Assembly: GCF_000738915.1 (NCBI RefSeq)
Contig: NW_026515636.1
Coordinates: 211,175 to 275,174 of the forward strand
Source: Nematocida ausubeli
Lineage: Eukaryota
DNA: 64,000 nt
Direction: 5' to 3'
The notes under the pieces are model-generated. The model was not told the origin of the DNA. It saw nothing but the letters and a program-made list of their open reading frames with translations, and made no database searches. A program made the translations under genes and the position numbers. The stretch's first letter is position 1. Every line of letters begins with the position of its first letter. Shown in pieces: positions 51,989 to 62,656 of this stretch.

Positions 51989-54508
51989 TTATTCTAACAA
52001 TCTGCTCTGCTTCCCTTTCTTAACGAAAAAGAAGGCCCCTACAGCTGCAGCAATAACCGCAAGCAAAAGGAATCCTATGATAAACTTGCCTTTTCTACCA
52101 GAAATACCAGACTTAGTAGTACTCATAACAGGCGTACTATCAGAACTGTCACCAGCTGAAAGTACCTCTGCCTTTGCATAAGTCTTCCCAGTGATTGCAG
52201 ACAAAACAGAAGGAATCTCCTGACCTAAACTAATAATAATGTGCTCGCACATTACAGAAGCAGACCTAGCAGCCTTAACAGACTCTTCCTTCTTCTTTAA
52301 TTCTTCAATTTCCTTCACCACATCAGATGAACTATATGCCTCCAAGGCCTCAGTGAATTTCTTTGCATCCTTTGAGGTGTAGAAGTGCAGTAGATTTATT
52401 GCATGGGAGACTGCTAATAGATTCTTATGGATCTTCAGTGTCTGCCTGGCTGTCTTTATCTCTGAGATACTTTCAATCTCTGCTACTAACCCATCAATTG
52501 ATGACCTAATTGACTTATGTGTCTGCATCTCCAGATCCAGTGACCTGGCTGGCTTAAGTTCTTCTGTCTTTATGGTCTCCATTTCCTGTTCACTCTTCTC
52601 AAGGACTTTTTTCTCTTCCTCTGAGAACAAAAATATCACACCCTTTGCTGCCTTAAAGAATTCCTGGGATAGTTCTTTTAAGTGATTTATGACTGTCTTT
52701 GCCTTCTTCTCACTTGTTATGAAACTAATTTGTGTAATTCCTGCTAGATTCTTTGATTTAGATGGGTTTAATATGCTGCACTCTGACTTGTCCATTTGGA
52801 TCTTCTCCAGGCACTCTGCCACGTATGATGAAAATACCTCTGCCTTCTCTTTGACTGCCTGGTCCTTCATTAAATTGTGCATTTTTATGCTGTATGCAGC
52901 AGAAGTGACTAAATTTGACACAGAGACAGCAGACTCCATTAAGGACTTAATCTTCTCTGGGTCAGACAGTAATAAAGATGGGATTGAAATAGTCATTTTC
53001 TTGATACTTCTTACAGCCTTCTCTAATTCTGCTAGATTAGTCTTTCTTTCAGTCTCAGCTGACTCTACCTTTAGTCCCATGACATTCATCCATTCTGTGT
53101 TGAAAATCATCTTACTGGCACCCTTTGCAATTGTAACAGGTGAATATGCAATGCCTTTTAGACCACTGAATATTGTGCCTGCTACGTATCCTATTACAGA
53201 ACCTTCTTCTTCCTGGAAACCAAACCACTTTGCTATATCTGTGTCTAACTGCTCTTCAATGTGCATGTCTAATTTAGTCTGCTGACTGTTAGATAATTCC
53301 TTTAGGAGGGTGTTATTTTCAGTTACAGGTGAAGAAAGTGTCTTCTCAGAGATGGTTCTATTTAGTGCATCTAGTACCTTTACAATGTACTCCTTTAATA
53401 AATCTAAATTATCAGAGAATCCTTCTGGGATTTTATCCTTCTGGATTGCCTCTGAGTTCTTTAGGTCTTCAATTTCTTCTTGGAGTGCAGAGAACTTTTT
53501 TTCTACGAGGGAAGAAATTTCTTCTAGTGAAGAATCCTTGAGAAGGATTTTATTTGAAGAGAAGTCTCTTATGGTGATGTGGGTTTTCATGTAGCTGATA
53601 ATTGTGTATATATCGTATAGGGAAGATTCATTTTTCAAGGATGCTTCATCCATGTCTAGTGCTTTTTTCATGAGGGCTGACTCTGTGAAGAGTGTAGAGT
53701 GTGCGAATCCTGTTGTATTTATGCCTGTGGTTGAATTTATGTTGATGTGTGATAGGATTGCCTTTATCTTTTCCCGGAGCAATGAGAAATTGATCATTTC
53801 CTTGAAGGATTCTTTCTTTTTAGAGTGTTCTTCTGTTGAGTCCTTTGTGTATTTCTCGAACTTAGATAAATATGCATTTATGTCACCTGCTTCTTCTACG
53901 CGTAATTCCTTTGTGACTAATCCTTGCTTGATTGTCTCAATGAATTTAGTGTATTCTTCTGCAACTTTTTTCTCTTCGTCTGAGACTGTATTTGAAGTGT
54001 AGTTTTCTTTGCCGCTCTTTAATCTGGTTATGAAGCCTTTGTTGTCCTCTTCATCAAAGACCTTTTTAATTTCTTCCCATTGTGTCTTTTGCTTCTTCCC
54101 GATTTCAGCTACCTTTGAGGCTGCTGTCTTCATGAATTCGTCGTAGGGCTTTTTATTACTGCTGGATTTTGTGAGTTTAGACTTAAAGCCGGAAAGACGC
54201 TGTCTGCTGGCTTCTGCTGCAGAGCCTTTTTTGATCAACTGCATATTTGCATCTGCAAAGGAGCATGTGCTTGCAATTATCTTTTCTGCTTCTGAGACTA
54301 GACCGTCACTAATGACAAGGCTACTCTCTCTTTCTTTTTTGTATTTTTCTCTTAGGTTCACATTCTCGTTGTAAATTGAGCTTGCTTTGGTCTGTAGGCT
54401 TGAATTTATCTGTGGGGCAGCAGATTGGTTTTCTGTTGCTGCCTTGCAGGAAAATGAGGCCAAGTACCCATAACAAAGTAGTAGTACAAATGTATGTGCG
54501 CTCTTCAT
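51989..54508 (-). CDS. Type I membrane/surface protein (signal peptide, long helical ectodomain, C-terminal TM)
   Basis: MKSAHTFVLLLCYGYLASFSCKA signal; K/E-rich helical body; FIIGFLLLAVIAAAVGAFFFV followed by a KKGK tail. Confidence 0.82.
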   Translation of the reverse strand: MKSAHTFVLLLCYGYLASFSCKAATENQSAAPQINSSLQTKASSIYNENVNLREKYKKERESSLVISDGLVSEAEKIIASTCSFADANMQLIKKGSAAEASRQRLSGFKSKLTKSSSNKKPYDEFMKTAASKVAEIGKKQKTQWEEIKKVFDEEDNKGFITRLKSGKENYTSNTVSDEEKKVAEEYTKFIETIKQGLVTKELRVEEAGDINAYLSKFEKYTKDSTEEHSKKKESFKEMINFSLLREKIKAILSHININSTTGINTTGFAHSTLFTESALMKKALDMDEASLKNESSLYDIYTIISYMKTHITIRDFSSNKILLKDSSLEEISSLVEKKFSALQEEIEDLKNSEAIQKDKIPEGFSDNLDLLKEYIVKVLDALNRTISEKTLSSPVTENNTLLKELSNSQQTKLDMHIEEQLDTDIAKWFGFQEEEGSVIGYVAGTIFSGLKGIAYSPVTIAKGASKMIFNTEWMNVMGLKVESAETERKTNLAELEKAVRSIKKMTISIPSLLLSDPEKIKSLMESAVSVSNLVTSAAYSIKMHNLMKDQAVKEKAEVFSSYVAECLEKIQMDKSECSILNPSKSKNLAGITQISFITSEKKAKTVINHLKELSQEFFKAAKGVIFLFSEEEKKVLEKSEQEMETIKTEELKPARSLDLEMQTHKSIRSSIDGLVAEIESISEIKTARQTLKIHKNLLAVSHAINLLHFYTSKDAKKFTEALEAYSSSDVVKEIEELKKKEESVKAARSASVMCEHIIISLGQEIPSVLSAITGKTYAKAEVLSAGDSSDSTPVMSTTKSGISGRKGKFIIGFLLLAVIAAAVGAFFFVKKGKQSRLLE

Positions 54509-55559
54509 GGATTTCTTCTGATGAATTTCTATTTATAGTTGTTTCTTAAGGGGTTTGTCTCCTTTGTTCTGCAATTATAGCCATTAGTTTGCTTTGTCCG
54601 TTATTTTCACCATATATCTGTTATTCTGGCAGACCAATCATATTTACCACCAATCATTACAGTATTATCATAGATGCCCAATTATCATGCATTTTCATCA
54701 ATTATTTATATAATATTGGGTGGTTTATTGTGATTTAACGGGTTATTGGTGGTTTATTGTGAGTATATTGTGGGTATAACCATTTGGTGGTTGTTAGTAA
54801 TTTTAACGGTTTTATTCGGGTTTTATTGTTATAACGAATTGTTTGTGTGAATTAATAGTAAATTGATGGATTTGGGTTATATTAGTGTTACATTGTCATT
54901 CTAATCGTATTTTATTAGTGTTTCAAAGGGTTTTTAGTGATTTTAAATAACTTTTAACAGTTTTTGCTAGAAAAGTGCAATTATTCACTTTACTAACAGA
55001 AATAGCATGGGTAAATAAACTGTCTTTTGTTTTATGTGGTTGTATTTTTATGGAAATTTATAATTTCTTTTTATTGATATATCTCCGTTATATCTGGTAG
55101 ATCTTAGTGTACCAGTGATATTATAGCGTATATACACAGGAGTAATCATCTTGCTACACTTATAGTTGTTTAGTTCATGTTAATTTTAGTCTAAAATATA
55201 TTCAGTTCTGCAAGACATGCTATTTACCATATGCCATACCCCGGTGTTTATCTGGATTTGAAGCACACCATGCATTAAAGAACCAATTAAAACCACACAC
55301 TCCAATTGTCTCAATACACAAGGAAACTAAAAATGTCAATTTAAGTTATTTTCCTGTACGCCACCTTATATTTATAAAACTCTTCAGATAAATTAATCTA
55401 AATATGAACAGATTTATTTTACAGAAAGAAAACATATTTTATTACGATGAAACCCCATACAATACGCCAACTAAATGCACCAATTAGAATGTACATGGAG
55501 GGTATGAAGGAAGACAGAGGGAGAGTGTATATATAGAAGAGCAGTAGATATATCTGTAT

Positions 55560-55895
55560 TTAGCCGTATATAGGCATACTTAACCGTATATCCATGTTAT
55601 AATATAGACTAACTTATATTACTGTTATACTTAGTATATTCCCATTATATTAGTATATTCTCTGTTACAATATAGACTACTTCTATTGCACTTAGTCTAT
55701 CTCCATATACTTCCGTTACAATATAGACTAATCTATATATTCACACTATAATTAGTATACTTCGTATACTTCCATTACAATATAGACCAATCTATATACT
55801 TCCGTTATAATTAGTATACTACTGTTACACTTAGTATACTCCCACTACACTTAGTCTATCTCCATATATTCCCACTAAACTTAGTATATGTCTAC
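55560..55895. repeat. GTTA(C/T)AATATAGACTAA / CTTAGTATA(C/T)T repeat cluster
   Basis: AATATAGAC four times; TTAGT(A/C)TA recurs throughout. Confidence 0.8.
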
Positions 55896-55896
55896 T

Positions 55897-56514
55897 CTAT
55901 ATACTATCCCTTACAACAGTCGTTATAAACTTACTTTCAACTGGCCCCATCTTACATATACTATTATCATTCTCCACATAGTATGATTCCTGTGGCATCC
56001 CAGTGCGCACTGGCTTCACCCTGAATAAATACTCCTTGGGTGCATCATCCTGTGATATTCTCCCAATTAAACTCAAATATACTTCACTCCCATCTATTCT
56101 TAGTCTGCCCCTAATGTATCTACAGTTATTCATAGGCAGTATATTAGGTACCTGCAGTAGAATATTCTGCCCAGGCACTAAAATATCTTCTATTTCAGTT
56201 ATATCTTTACTTCTTACTGTCTCTAGTACTTTATTTACTGTCATAGGCGCATCTTCAATTATTTCTAAGTCTTCATTTGTTATTTCTTCTGTACTCTTCC
56301 CTGTGAACACAAATGACTGCGTCTCTTTCTCTCCCATGAGAACCACAGGCTGCTGAATATTCTGTCTTACGGGTTTTGAAATGGTCTCCCTTCTTCTTAC
56401 TTCTGGCTTAACTGGTACTGCAGTAGAGGGTGCTTCCTGTGCCTCTAGTGGGGTACTTGGCATCTTTGGCTCAAATACTAGCTTCTTTTTTCCTCCGAGT
56501 GTTCTTTTGTCCAT
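55897..56514 (-). CDS. RNA polymerase III subunit Rpc4/Rpc53-like
   Basis: N-terminal KKKLVFEPKMP and C-terminal LLQVPNILP...GRLRI...MGPVESKFITT resemble the RPC4 pattern (kf.P; lQlP..LP; Gkl.i; lG.v..k.v.t). Confidence 0.6.
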   Translation of the reverse strand: MDKRTLGGKKKLVFEPKMPSTPLEAQEAPSTAVPVKPEVRRRETISKPVRQNIQQPVVLMGEKETQSFVFTGKSTEEITNEDLEIIEDAPMTVNKVLETVRSKDITEIEDILVPGQNILLQVPNILPMNNCRYIRGRLRIDGSEVYLSLIGRISQDDAPKEYLFRVKPVRTGMPQESYYVENDNSICKMGPVESKFITTVVRDSI

Positions 56515-56530
56515 TTTTTGTAAATTTTTT

Positions 56531-56956
56531 ATGGCGTACTACGGAATAACACGCATTGAACAAGTGCCCGTTGAAGAAGACATAAGGAGAGAGGGAGTAT
56601 TTAGTCATGCAACCATGGAATATATTAATTTAATTGCAGGATTACAACAGAGTCATATTCCCTTGATAATTCATCCTGGGAAGAGAGTGAAGTCTAAGAG
56701 GGAAATGCGGCAGATTGAAGAGAATTTAACGGAAACCAGGAAGCCACAGAAAGTGTCAGCACAAAAGAGGCCATCAAAGACAGAGCGAAGAAAGAAGGCG
56801 CAAGTTGAAGAGAAAATAAAGAATGCACTTTCTGCAGCAGAAGACACAAGAGAAGGGAAGCCAAGACATAAAAAGAAGGAAAGAGCAGCACAGAAGCTAG
56901 CGAAGAAGCAAAGACTTGGGAAGAGCAGAAGACACCAAGCATCGAACAGACAATAA
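56531..56956 (+). CDS. Reduced rRNA-processing protein, Ebp2-like
   Basis: VPVEEDIRREGVF resembles Ebp2 'v.dDl.RE.aF'; basic C-terminus KQRLGKSRR resembles Ebp2 'KRpGKsRR'. ATG at 56531. Confidence 0.55.
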   Translation: MAYYGITRIEQVPVEEDIRREGVFSHATMEYINLIAGLQQSHIPLIIHPGKRVKSKREMRQIEENLTETRKPQKVSAQKRPSKTERRKKAQVEEKIKNALSAAEDTREGKPRHKKKERAAQKLAKKQRLGKSRRHQASNRQ

Positions 56957-57035
56957 ATTAGAGAGATTCTTATAATGTGAGTATATATGAAGTATATTGT
57001 AGTATATTGTAGTAGGGGGGAGTATTGGGAGTATA

Positions 57036-57187
57036 TGTGGATTAAGTCTTGCCAGTTTCGGGAAGAAGTGGATTAAGTCTTGCCACTTTCGGGAAGGAGT
57101 GGATTAAGTTATGGCAAAGCGGAAAAAGTCTTGGCAAAGTGGAAAAAGTTCTGTCAGTTTCGAGAAGGAGTGGATTAAGTCTTGTCC
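57036..57187. repeat. GGATTAAG repeat cluster I
   Basis: GTGGATTAAGT four times plus GGAAAAAGT variants, in ~31-nt units containing TTTCG(G/A)GAAG. Confidence 0.9.
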
Positions 57188-57468
57188 CCATAATATCTGT
57201 ATATAAATATATAATTATAATAAGTATAACCATGTATAAAATGTATATAAAGTGTATAAATGAACATATTCAATTTATTCCATGAGATTATTCACAAGAA
57301 TATTAAGATTGCTAAGATTCACAAAGAAGCACAAAGAATTCTTCCTCTTACAAGGTAAAGTACAATTCACAAGAGCCTTCATAAATTTCCCTGTTAGAAG
57401 CATAAGAAGCACTTTCCCCTTCTCCATAAAATCCCTTCACACCCACAACCTCCCATACAAAGTGAAGA

Positions 57469-58737
57469 TTATGAGAAGTAGTGCAGACTTGCCTTCTTTG
57501 TGGCAAGGATCTCCTGCACCCCATCAATCAGGTCATTCTGCGTGATCATATTCCTGCCTGCCCGGAGTGCAATCATCCCGGCCTCAACACAGACTGCCTT
57601 GCACTGTGCCCCATTAAATCCCTCTGTGGACCGTGCTAATTCTTCATGGTTTACATTCGGGTCCATTGCCATCTTCCTGGAATGTATCTGCAGTATCCTC
57701 TTCCTGCCCTCTTTATTTGGCAGTGGGAATTCTATCTTCCTATCAAACCTACCAGACCGCAGTAGTGCAGGGTCTAATATGTCTATCCTATTAGTGGCTG
57801 CAATTACCTTTATATTGGGCGTGCCAGAGAACCCGTCTAACTGATTAAGCAGTTCCAACATGGTCCTTTGCACCTCCCTGTCACCCGTGCTGTCTGAGTC
57901 ACTTCTTTTAGTGCCTATTGCATCTATTTCATCAATGAATATAATGGCAGGTGCCTTTGACCTGGCAAGTGCAAATGCGTCTCTGACTAACTTAGCACCA
58001 TCCCCTATATACATCTGCACTAACTGTGGGCCTGCCAGTTTAAGGAAAGTGGCACCCGTCTTAGCAGCACACGCCCTGGCCATGAGTGTCTTACCAGTGC
58101 CTGGTGGGCCGTACATTAGTATGCCCTTGGGGGGTGTTATATTTAGTTTCTTGAATTTCTCTGGGTGCGTGATGGACAGAATAATTCCTTCGTATAATTC
58201 TTCCATCTGTCTCTCTAGTCCACCTATGTCCTCATAGGAGTCTGTTGGTTTCTCATCAAGTTCCATTGCCTTAACACGAATATCAAAGTCATCTTCCAGT
58301 CTCTCAAATACTATATTGGTCTCTTTGTGCAGGGCCACTAAGTCACCTGGTTTTAATTCTTCTGCTGGCACTAGGCCTACAAAGGGCAGGAATGTGGTGA
58401 CTCTGTTTGATGTCTTAACTACAGCACACAGTCCTTTTTTGTTTATTGTTTCGTCTATATTAGAGCCTTCTTCTTGTTTATTCTCTTCTAGGTCTAATAT
58501 TTCTACTACATTCCCTACTAGGAAGGGTAGTTGCTTGTTTAGTTCTATCTTTTGCACGTTCTCTTGTATCTTCTCTCGTTTTGCTTCAAAATCGTATGTT
58601 ATTGCATTTATGTGGCTCCTGAGCATTCTTATTTCATTTTCAATCATTCTCGTTTTATTCCTTATCTCATCCGGGTTATCTGCGAATATTTCTGGATGTG
58701 TCTCCTGGAGCTCCTTTAATGCACTCTCTTCAGTCAT
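57469..58737 (-). CDS. RPT5: 26S proteasome AAA-ATPase Rpt5 (subunit 6A)
   Basis: [66 protein letters not shown]. Confidence 0.97.
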   Translation of the reverse strand: MTEESALKELQETHPEIFADNPDEIRNKTRMIENEIRMLRSHINAITYDFEAKREKIQENVQKIELNKQLPFLVGNVVEILDLEENKQEEGSNIDETINKKGLCAVVKTSNRVTTFLPFVGLVPAEELKPGDLVALHKETNIVFERLEDDFDIRVKAMELDEKPTDSYEDIGGLERQMEELYEGIILSITHPEKFKKLNITPPKGILMYGPPGTGKTLMARACAAKTGATFLKLAGPQLVQMYIGDGAKLVRDAFALARSKAPAIIFIDEIDAIGTKRSDSDSTGDREVQRTMLELLNQLDGFSGTPNIKVIAATNRIDILDPALLRSGRFDRKIEFPLPNKEGRKRILQIHSRKMAMDPNVNHEELARSTEGFNGAQCKAVCVEAGMIALRAGRNMITQNDLIDGVQEILATKKASLHYFS

Positions 58738-58813
58738 AAATAAACAGAAATATTCCTATATATATTTATTTATATTATAGTACTGTGGATGTACTCCCTT
58801 TTAATAGGCGTAG

Positions 58814-58895
58814 GATCAGATGGCCGAGTGGTCTAAGGCGCTAGATTAAGGCTCTAGTCTCTTCGGAGGCGCGGGTTCGAATCCCGCTCTGATCA
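58814..58895 (+). tRNA. tRNA-Leu (anticodon AAG)
   Basis: Acceptor stem GATCAGA/TCTGATC plus A; D-arm TGGCCGAGTGGTCTAAGGC; anticodon stem CTAGA-TTAAGGC-TCTAG; long variable arm CTCTTCGGAG; T-arm GCGGGTTCGAATCCCGC; TTTTT terminator follows. Confidence 0.97.
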
Positions 58896-58919
58896 TATTT
58901 TTATACTCCCCACCCCCAC

Positions 58920-59700
58920 GTAGTAGTACTACAGTAGTGTATATGTGTCTATAGTACACTAATTATATTCCATCCTCATTGAATATTCCATTGTATACCA
59001 CTATACAATATTATAAATATTCTTGTATACTAGTCTACTACGCACTAGTCTACTACTAAAATTGCATAAAAATATTCTTATATACTAGAAGACTGTAGAC
59101 TAGACATAACCCGAAATATTGAAAGGTTCTTGGTTGTACTAGAAGACTAGTCTACTAGATATAATACTATAAATATTTCGTATATTACTAGTCTACTGCC
59201 CACTATAATATTGAAATATCTCGTATATTACTAGTATACTACTATATAATACTATAAATATTTCATGTAGACTAGTAGACTACTATATACAATAGCATGA
59301 AAATATTGAAATATTCTACTACGCACTAGTCTACTATACTACTAGTCTACTACTATCCACTATAATACTATAATATTATAAATAAGCGTAGACTAACAGT
59401 AATAAACATGTCTAATAAAAATACAAGAGAGACAACAGTAGAAATATACTAAGTAATAAATACCCATATATAATATAGACTAAGACTCTTAATATATTCT
59501 CTTAGTACACTTGATATACACCCAGATATAATATAGACTAACCCACCTTATACTTAATATACTTAATAAATACTCTTAATATAATATACACCCAGATATA
59601 ATATAGGCTAATATACCCCCCTACTAAATACTCTTAGTATATACATATATATGCAGTGATAACCGCCCAGATATAATATAGACTAAGACCCTCTCCTTCT
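58920..59700. repeat. ACTAGTCTACTA and CCCAGATATAATATAGACTAA repeat cluster
   Basis: ACTAGTCTACT about six times at 59030-59352; CCCAGATATAATATAG three times at 59521-59681. Confidence 0.85.
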
Positions 59701-59743
59701 ATGCCTCTTCAGTGACTATAAATTTATTATTTTTTTGTCTCCC

Positions 59744-62656
59744 ATGAAGACATCACAGACCCTCCTGGACATAGCACAAACAAAAGTGCACAGAAATGTG
59801 GAAGAGACCTTCTTGGATACAGCAATAGAAGTAGATTCCTTCGTAGAATCAAATGATGGATATAATACAGTCAGGCACACTGCAATAATCCCAGATACAT
59901 TCCCATATGAATCTATAAAAGACTCTAATATACCTATACAGTGTGAATATCCCTTCAAATTAGACAAATTCCAAGAGATAGCACTGCAGTGCCTGGAGAG
60001 AGATGAAAGTCTATTAGTCAGTGCACATACTAGTGCAGGTAAGACACTAGTAGCAGAGTACTCCATACACTTGTCTATACAAAGGAAACAAAGGGTCATA
60101 TATACTTCACCCATTAAAGCACTCTCTAACCAGAAGTACAGAGAACTAAACGAGAAATTTGGTGATGTAGGACTGATGACAGGAGATGTCACACTAAACC
60201 CAGATAGCACATGCATAGTCATGACAACAGAAATATTAAGGAATATGATATACAGGGGAACAGAAATACTCAGAGAGACGCACTTTGTTGTATTTGATGA
60301 AGTGCATTATATGAGAGACAGAGAGAGAGGTGTCATATGGGAGGAAACAATCATATTACTGCCGCCTTCCATTAGATTTATATTCTTAAGTGCAACTATC
60401 CCTAATGCAGAGGAATTTGCCAGGTGGATAGTCTCCATACACAAGCAGCCCTGCCACGTAATATATACAGAGAAAAGACCTACACCACTAGAGCACTATA
60501 TATACGTAAATACGCCAGGGAACAAAATAACCCACAGAAATACAGACCAACTTAAGACAGTCAGTGACCAATTATTCGTAATAGTCGATAAAGAAGGTAC
60601 TTTCCAGACTAAGAATATACCACGCATACAAAGAAGACCAGAGATTAGTCAGGGCTACAACAGAAGAAGAGAGACAATTAATGTGGTAGATATACTGCGT
60701 ATACTAAGACAGACTAATAACCTGCCCACAATCATATTCTCATTCAGAAGGAAGGAGTGCGAGTCATACGCAATGCTCACTGAGAAGGAATTTGACTTTA
60801 ACACAGACAAAGAGAAAGATATGATCAGCACTATATTCAGTAATGCACTGAATACACTGAGAGAAGAAGACAGAACACTCCCGCAGATAGTAGGACTAAA
60901 GGCACTATTACTACGGGGCATAGGCGTACACCACTCTGGTCTCATGCCCATTGTAAAGGAGATCATTGAAATACTCTTCCAAGAGAACCTTCTTAAAGTG
61001 CTCTTTGCCACAGAGACATTCTCCATTGGACTAAATATGCCTGCTAAGTCAGTCATATTCACAAGTATAAAGAAGTTTGACGGAGTGCAGACAAGATTCA
61101 TCACTAGTGGGGAATATATACAGATGAGTGGCAGGGCAGGCCGTAGGGGTACAGACAGAATAGGGAATGTAATACTCGCACTAGAATCTACAATGACCCT
61201 CACTGAGAAGGAAATAAGGAAGGTTCTGCACGGCCCATCTAATACACTGGACAGTGCATTCAAACTGTCGTACAACACCATCCTGAATATACTCAGGCTG
61301 GACGGCATGCAGGAAGACCACGTCATAAAGCACTCATTCCTGCAGTTTAGGCATGAGATGCAGGGAAAGGCACTGTATATGCGTATGACTAAGTATATAG
61401 ATGGACTGTCTGCTGCACACGCAGAATACACAGCAGAAACTGCAAATATACAGGAAATAGCACAGATTAAGAAGTACTGCGAAATAAAACAGCAGGAAGG
61501 ACAGGCCAGGAAGGAGTGCACACCCAGTCAGAGTGCCCTAAGAAGACTGCTTGTTCCAGGTAGAATACTTGAGGTGGAAATACCCCGGACCAAGACACGT
61601 AATATGCAGCCAGATATAACAGTGGAGTACGTAGATGCAGTCACTGGTCCCCGTAGAACACTTGCAATTCTTGTGGAATACTCTGAGAGTGCACTTATTA
61701 TTATGACAGAAGAAGAAAGTGTCTTGGAAATAGACGTATCTTGCATACGGCAAATATCAAAATCATCCGTTGAAATTAAGTCTAAAAAGTCAAAGACAAA
61801 AGTGTTCAGGGAGTTCTTCTCTTCAAAAAGTGCTGACATAAATGCACTCTCATTCTATGCGAGTAATGAACTAGGCATATCCAGTGAACTTGCAGAAATG
61901 GCAGTTAGGCTGGAGACAGCTGCAGACAGAATATACACCACATACATATACCCATTAAACTCACAGGATAAGACTGCTGTATTCAAGGCCATTGATGACC
62001 TATTTTACATGCACGCTGTACAGCAGGAAATTGATGCCCTGGGGAAGAAGAAAGAGCAGACACGTCTTGTCATGATAGATGAGTATAATAATAAGAGACG
62101 CATACTGCAGGGTCTTTCTTATCTCTCCCAGAAGGAAGTGCTTATTAAAGGGAAGGTGGCAAGTGAAATAAGCAGTGGTGATGAACTGCTTCTGACGGAA
62201 ATGCTTTTCAACAACGAATTCAGCAAGCTGTCACCTGGGCGCATATGCTCGTTGCTTAGTTGTGTGGTATTTGATGACAAGTCAGATAAAATTAGTCTTA
62301 CGCCAGAGTCTGAGAGTGCACTGAAGATTCTTACGCAGACAGTGGATAGACTGGTCTCTGAGTTTGAAAGGCTCGACATGAACTTTAAGGCAAAGGAGTA
62401 CACGGAGAAGTTCTGCTGTAATTTGATGGATGTGGTGTACAGGTGGACAGAAGGGTACAGTTTCTCGGAAATATGCGAGACAACGGAAGTATTTGAAGGG
62501 AGCATAATACGGTGCTTTAGGCGCCTGGAGGAAGTTCTTAAGGAAATGTCGCGGGCCTCAAAGGTCATTGGGAACGTGGAGATGGAGAATAAGTTCTCTG
62601 CTGCAATCTCTTTGGTTAAGAGGGATATTGTCTTTGCTAACTCTCTTTACTTGTGA
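59744..62656 (+). CDS. MTR4: Ski2-like DExH RNA helicase Mtr4 (TRAMP/exosome)
   Basis: YPFKLDKFQ, SAHTSAGKT, FDEVHYMRDRERGVIWEE, FATETFSIGLNMPA, QMSGRAGRRG, C-terminal KRDIVFANSLYL. ATG 59744 preceded by CCC. Confidence 0.95.
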   Translation: MKTSQTLLDIAQTKVHRNVEETFLDTAIEVDSFVESNDGYNTVRHTAIIPDTFPYESIKDSNIPIQCEYPFKLDKFQEIALQCLERDESLLVSAHTSAGKTLVAEYSIHLSIQRKQRVIYTSPIKALSNQKYRELNEKFGDVGLMTGDVTLNPDSTCIVMTTEILRNMIYRGTEILRETHFVVFDEVHYMRDRERGVIWEETIILLPPSIRFIFLSATIPNAEEFARWIVSIHKQPCHVIYTEKRPTPLEHYIYVNTPGNKITHRNTDQLKTVSDQLFVIVDKEGTFQTKNIPRIQRRPEISQGYNRRRETINVVDILRILRQTNNLPTIIFSFRRKECESYAMLTEKEFDFNTDKEKDMISTIFSNALNTLREEDRTLPQIVGLKALLLRGIGVHHSGLMPIVKEIIEILFQENLLKVLFATETFSIGLNMPAKSVIFTSIKKFDGVQTRFITSGEYIQMSGRAGRRGTDRIGNVILALESTMTLTEKEIRKVLHGPSNTLDSAFKLSYNTILNILRLDGMQEDHVIKHSFLQFRHEMQGKALYMRMTKYIDGLSAAHAEYTAETANIQEIAQIKKYCEIKQQEGQARKECTPSQSALRRLLVPGRILEVEIPRTKTRNMQPDITVEYVDAVTGPRRTLAILVEYSESALIIMTEEESVLEIDVSCIRQISKSSVEIKSKKSKTKVFREFFSSKSADINALSFYASNELGISSELAEMAVRLETAADRIYTTYIYPLNSQDKTAVFKAIDDLFYMHAVQQEIDALGKKKEQTRLVMIDEYNNKRRILQGLSYLSQKEVLIKGKVASEISSGDELLLTEMLFNNEFSKLSPGRICSLLSCVVFDDKSDKISLTPESESALKILTQTVDRLVSEFERLDMNFKAKEYTEKFCCNLMDVVYRWTEGYSFSEICETTEVFEGSIIRCFRRLEEVLKEMSRASKVIGNVEMENKFSAAISLVKRDIVFANSLYL

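Noticed and set aside
35261..58895. Functional clustering of polymerase-related genes (GPN3, RPC1, RPC4-like, tRNA)
   Set aside because: Spread over 23 kb among unrelated genes; expected by chance in a genome reduced to core functions.
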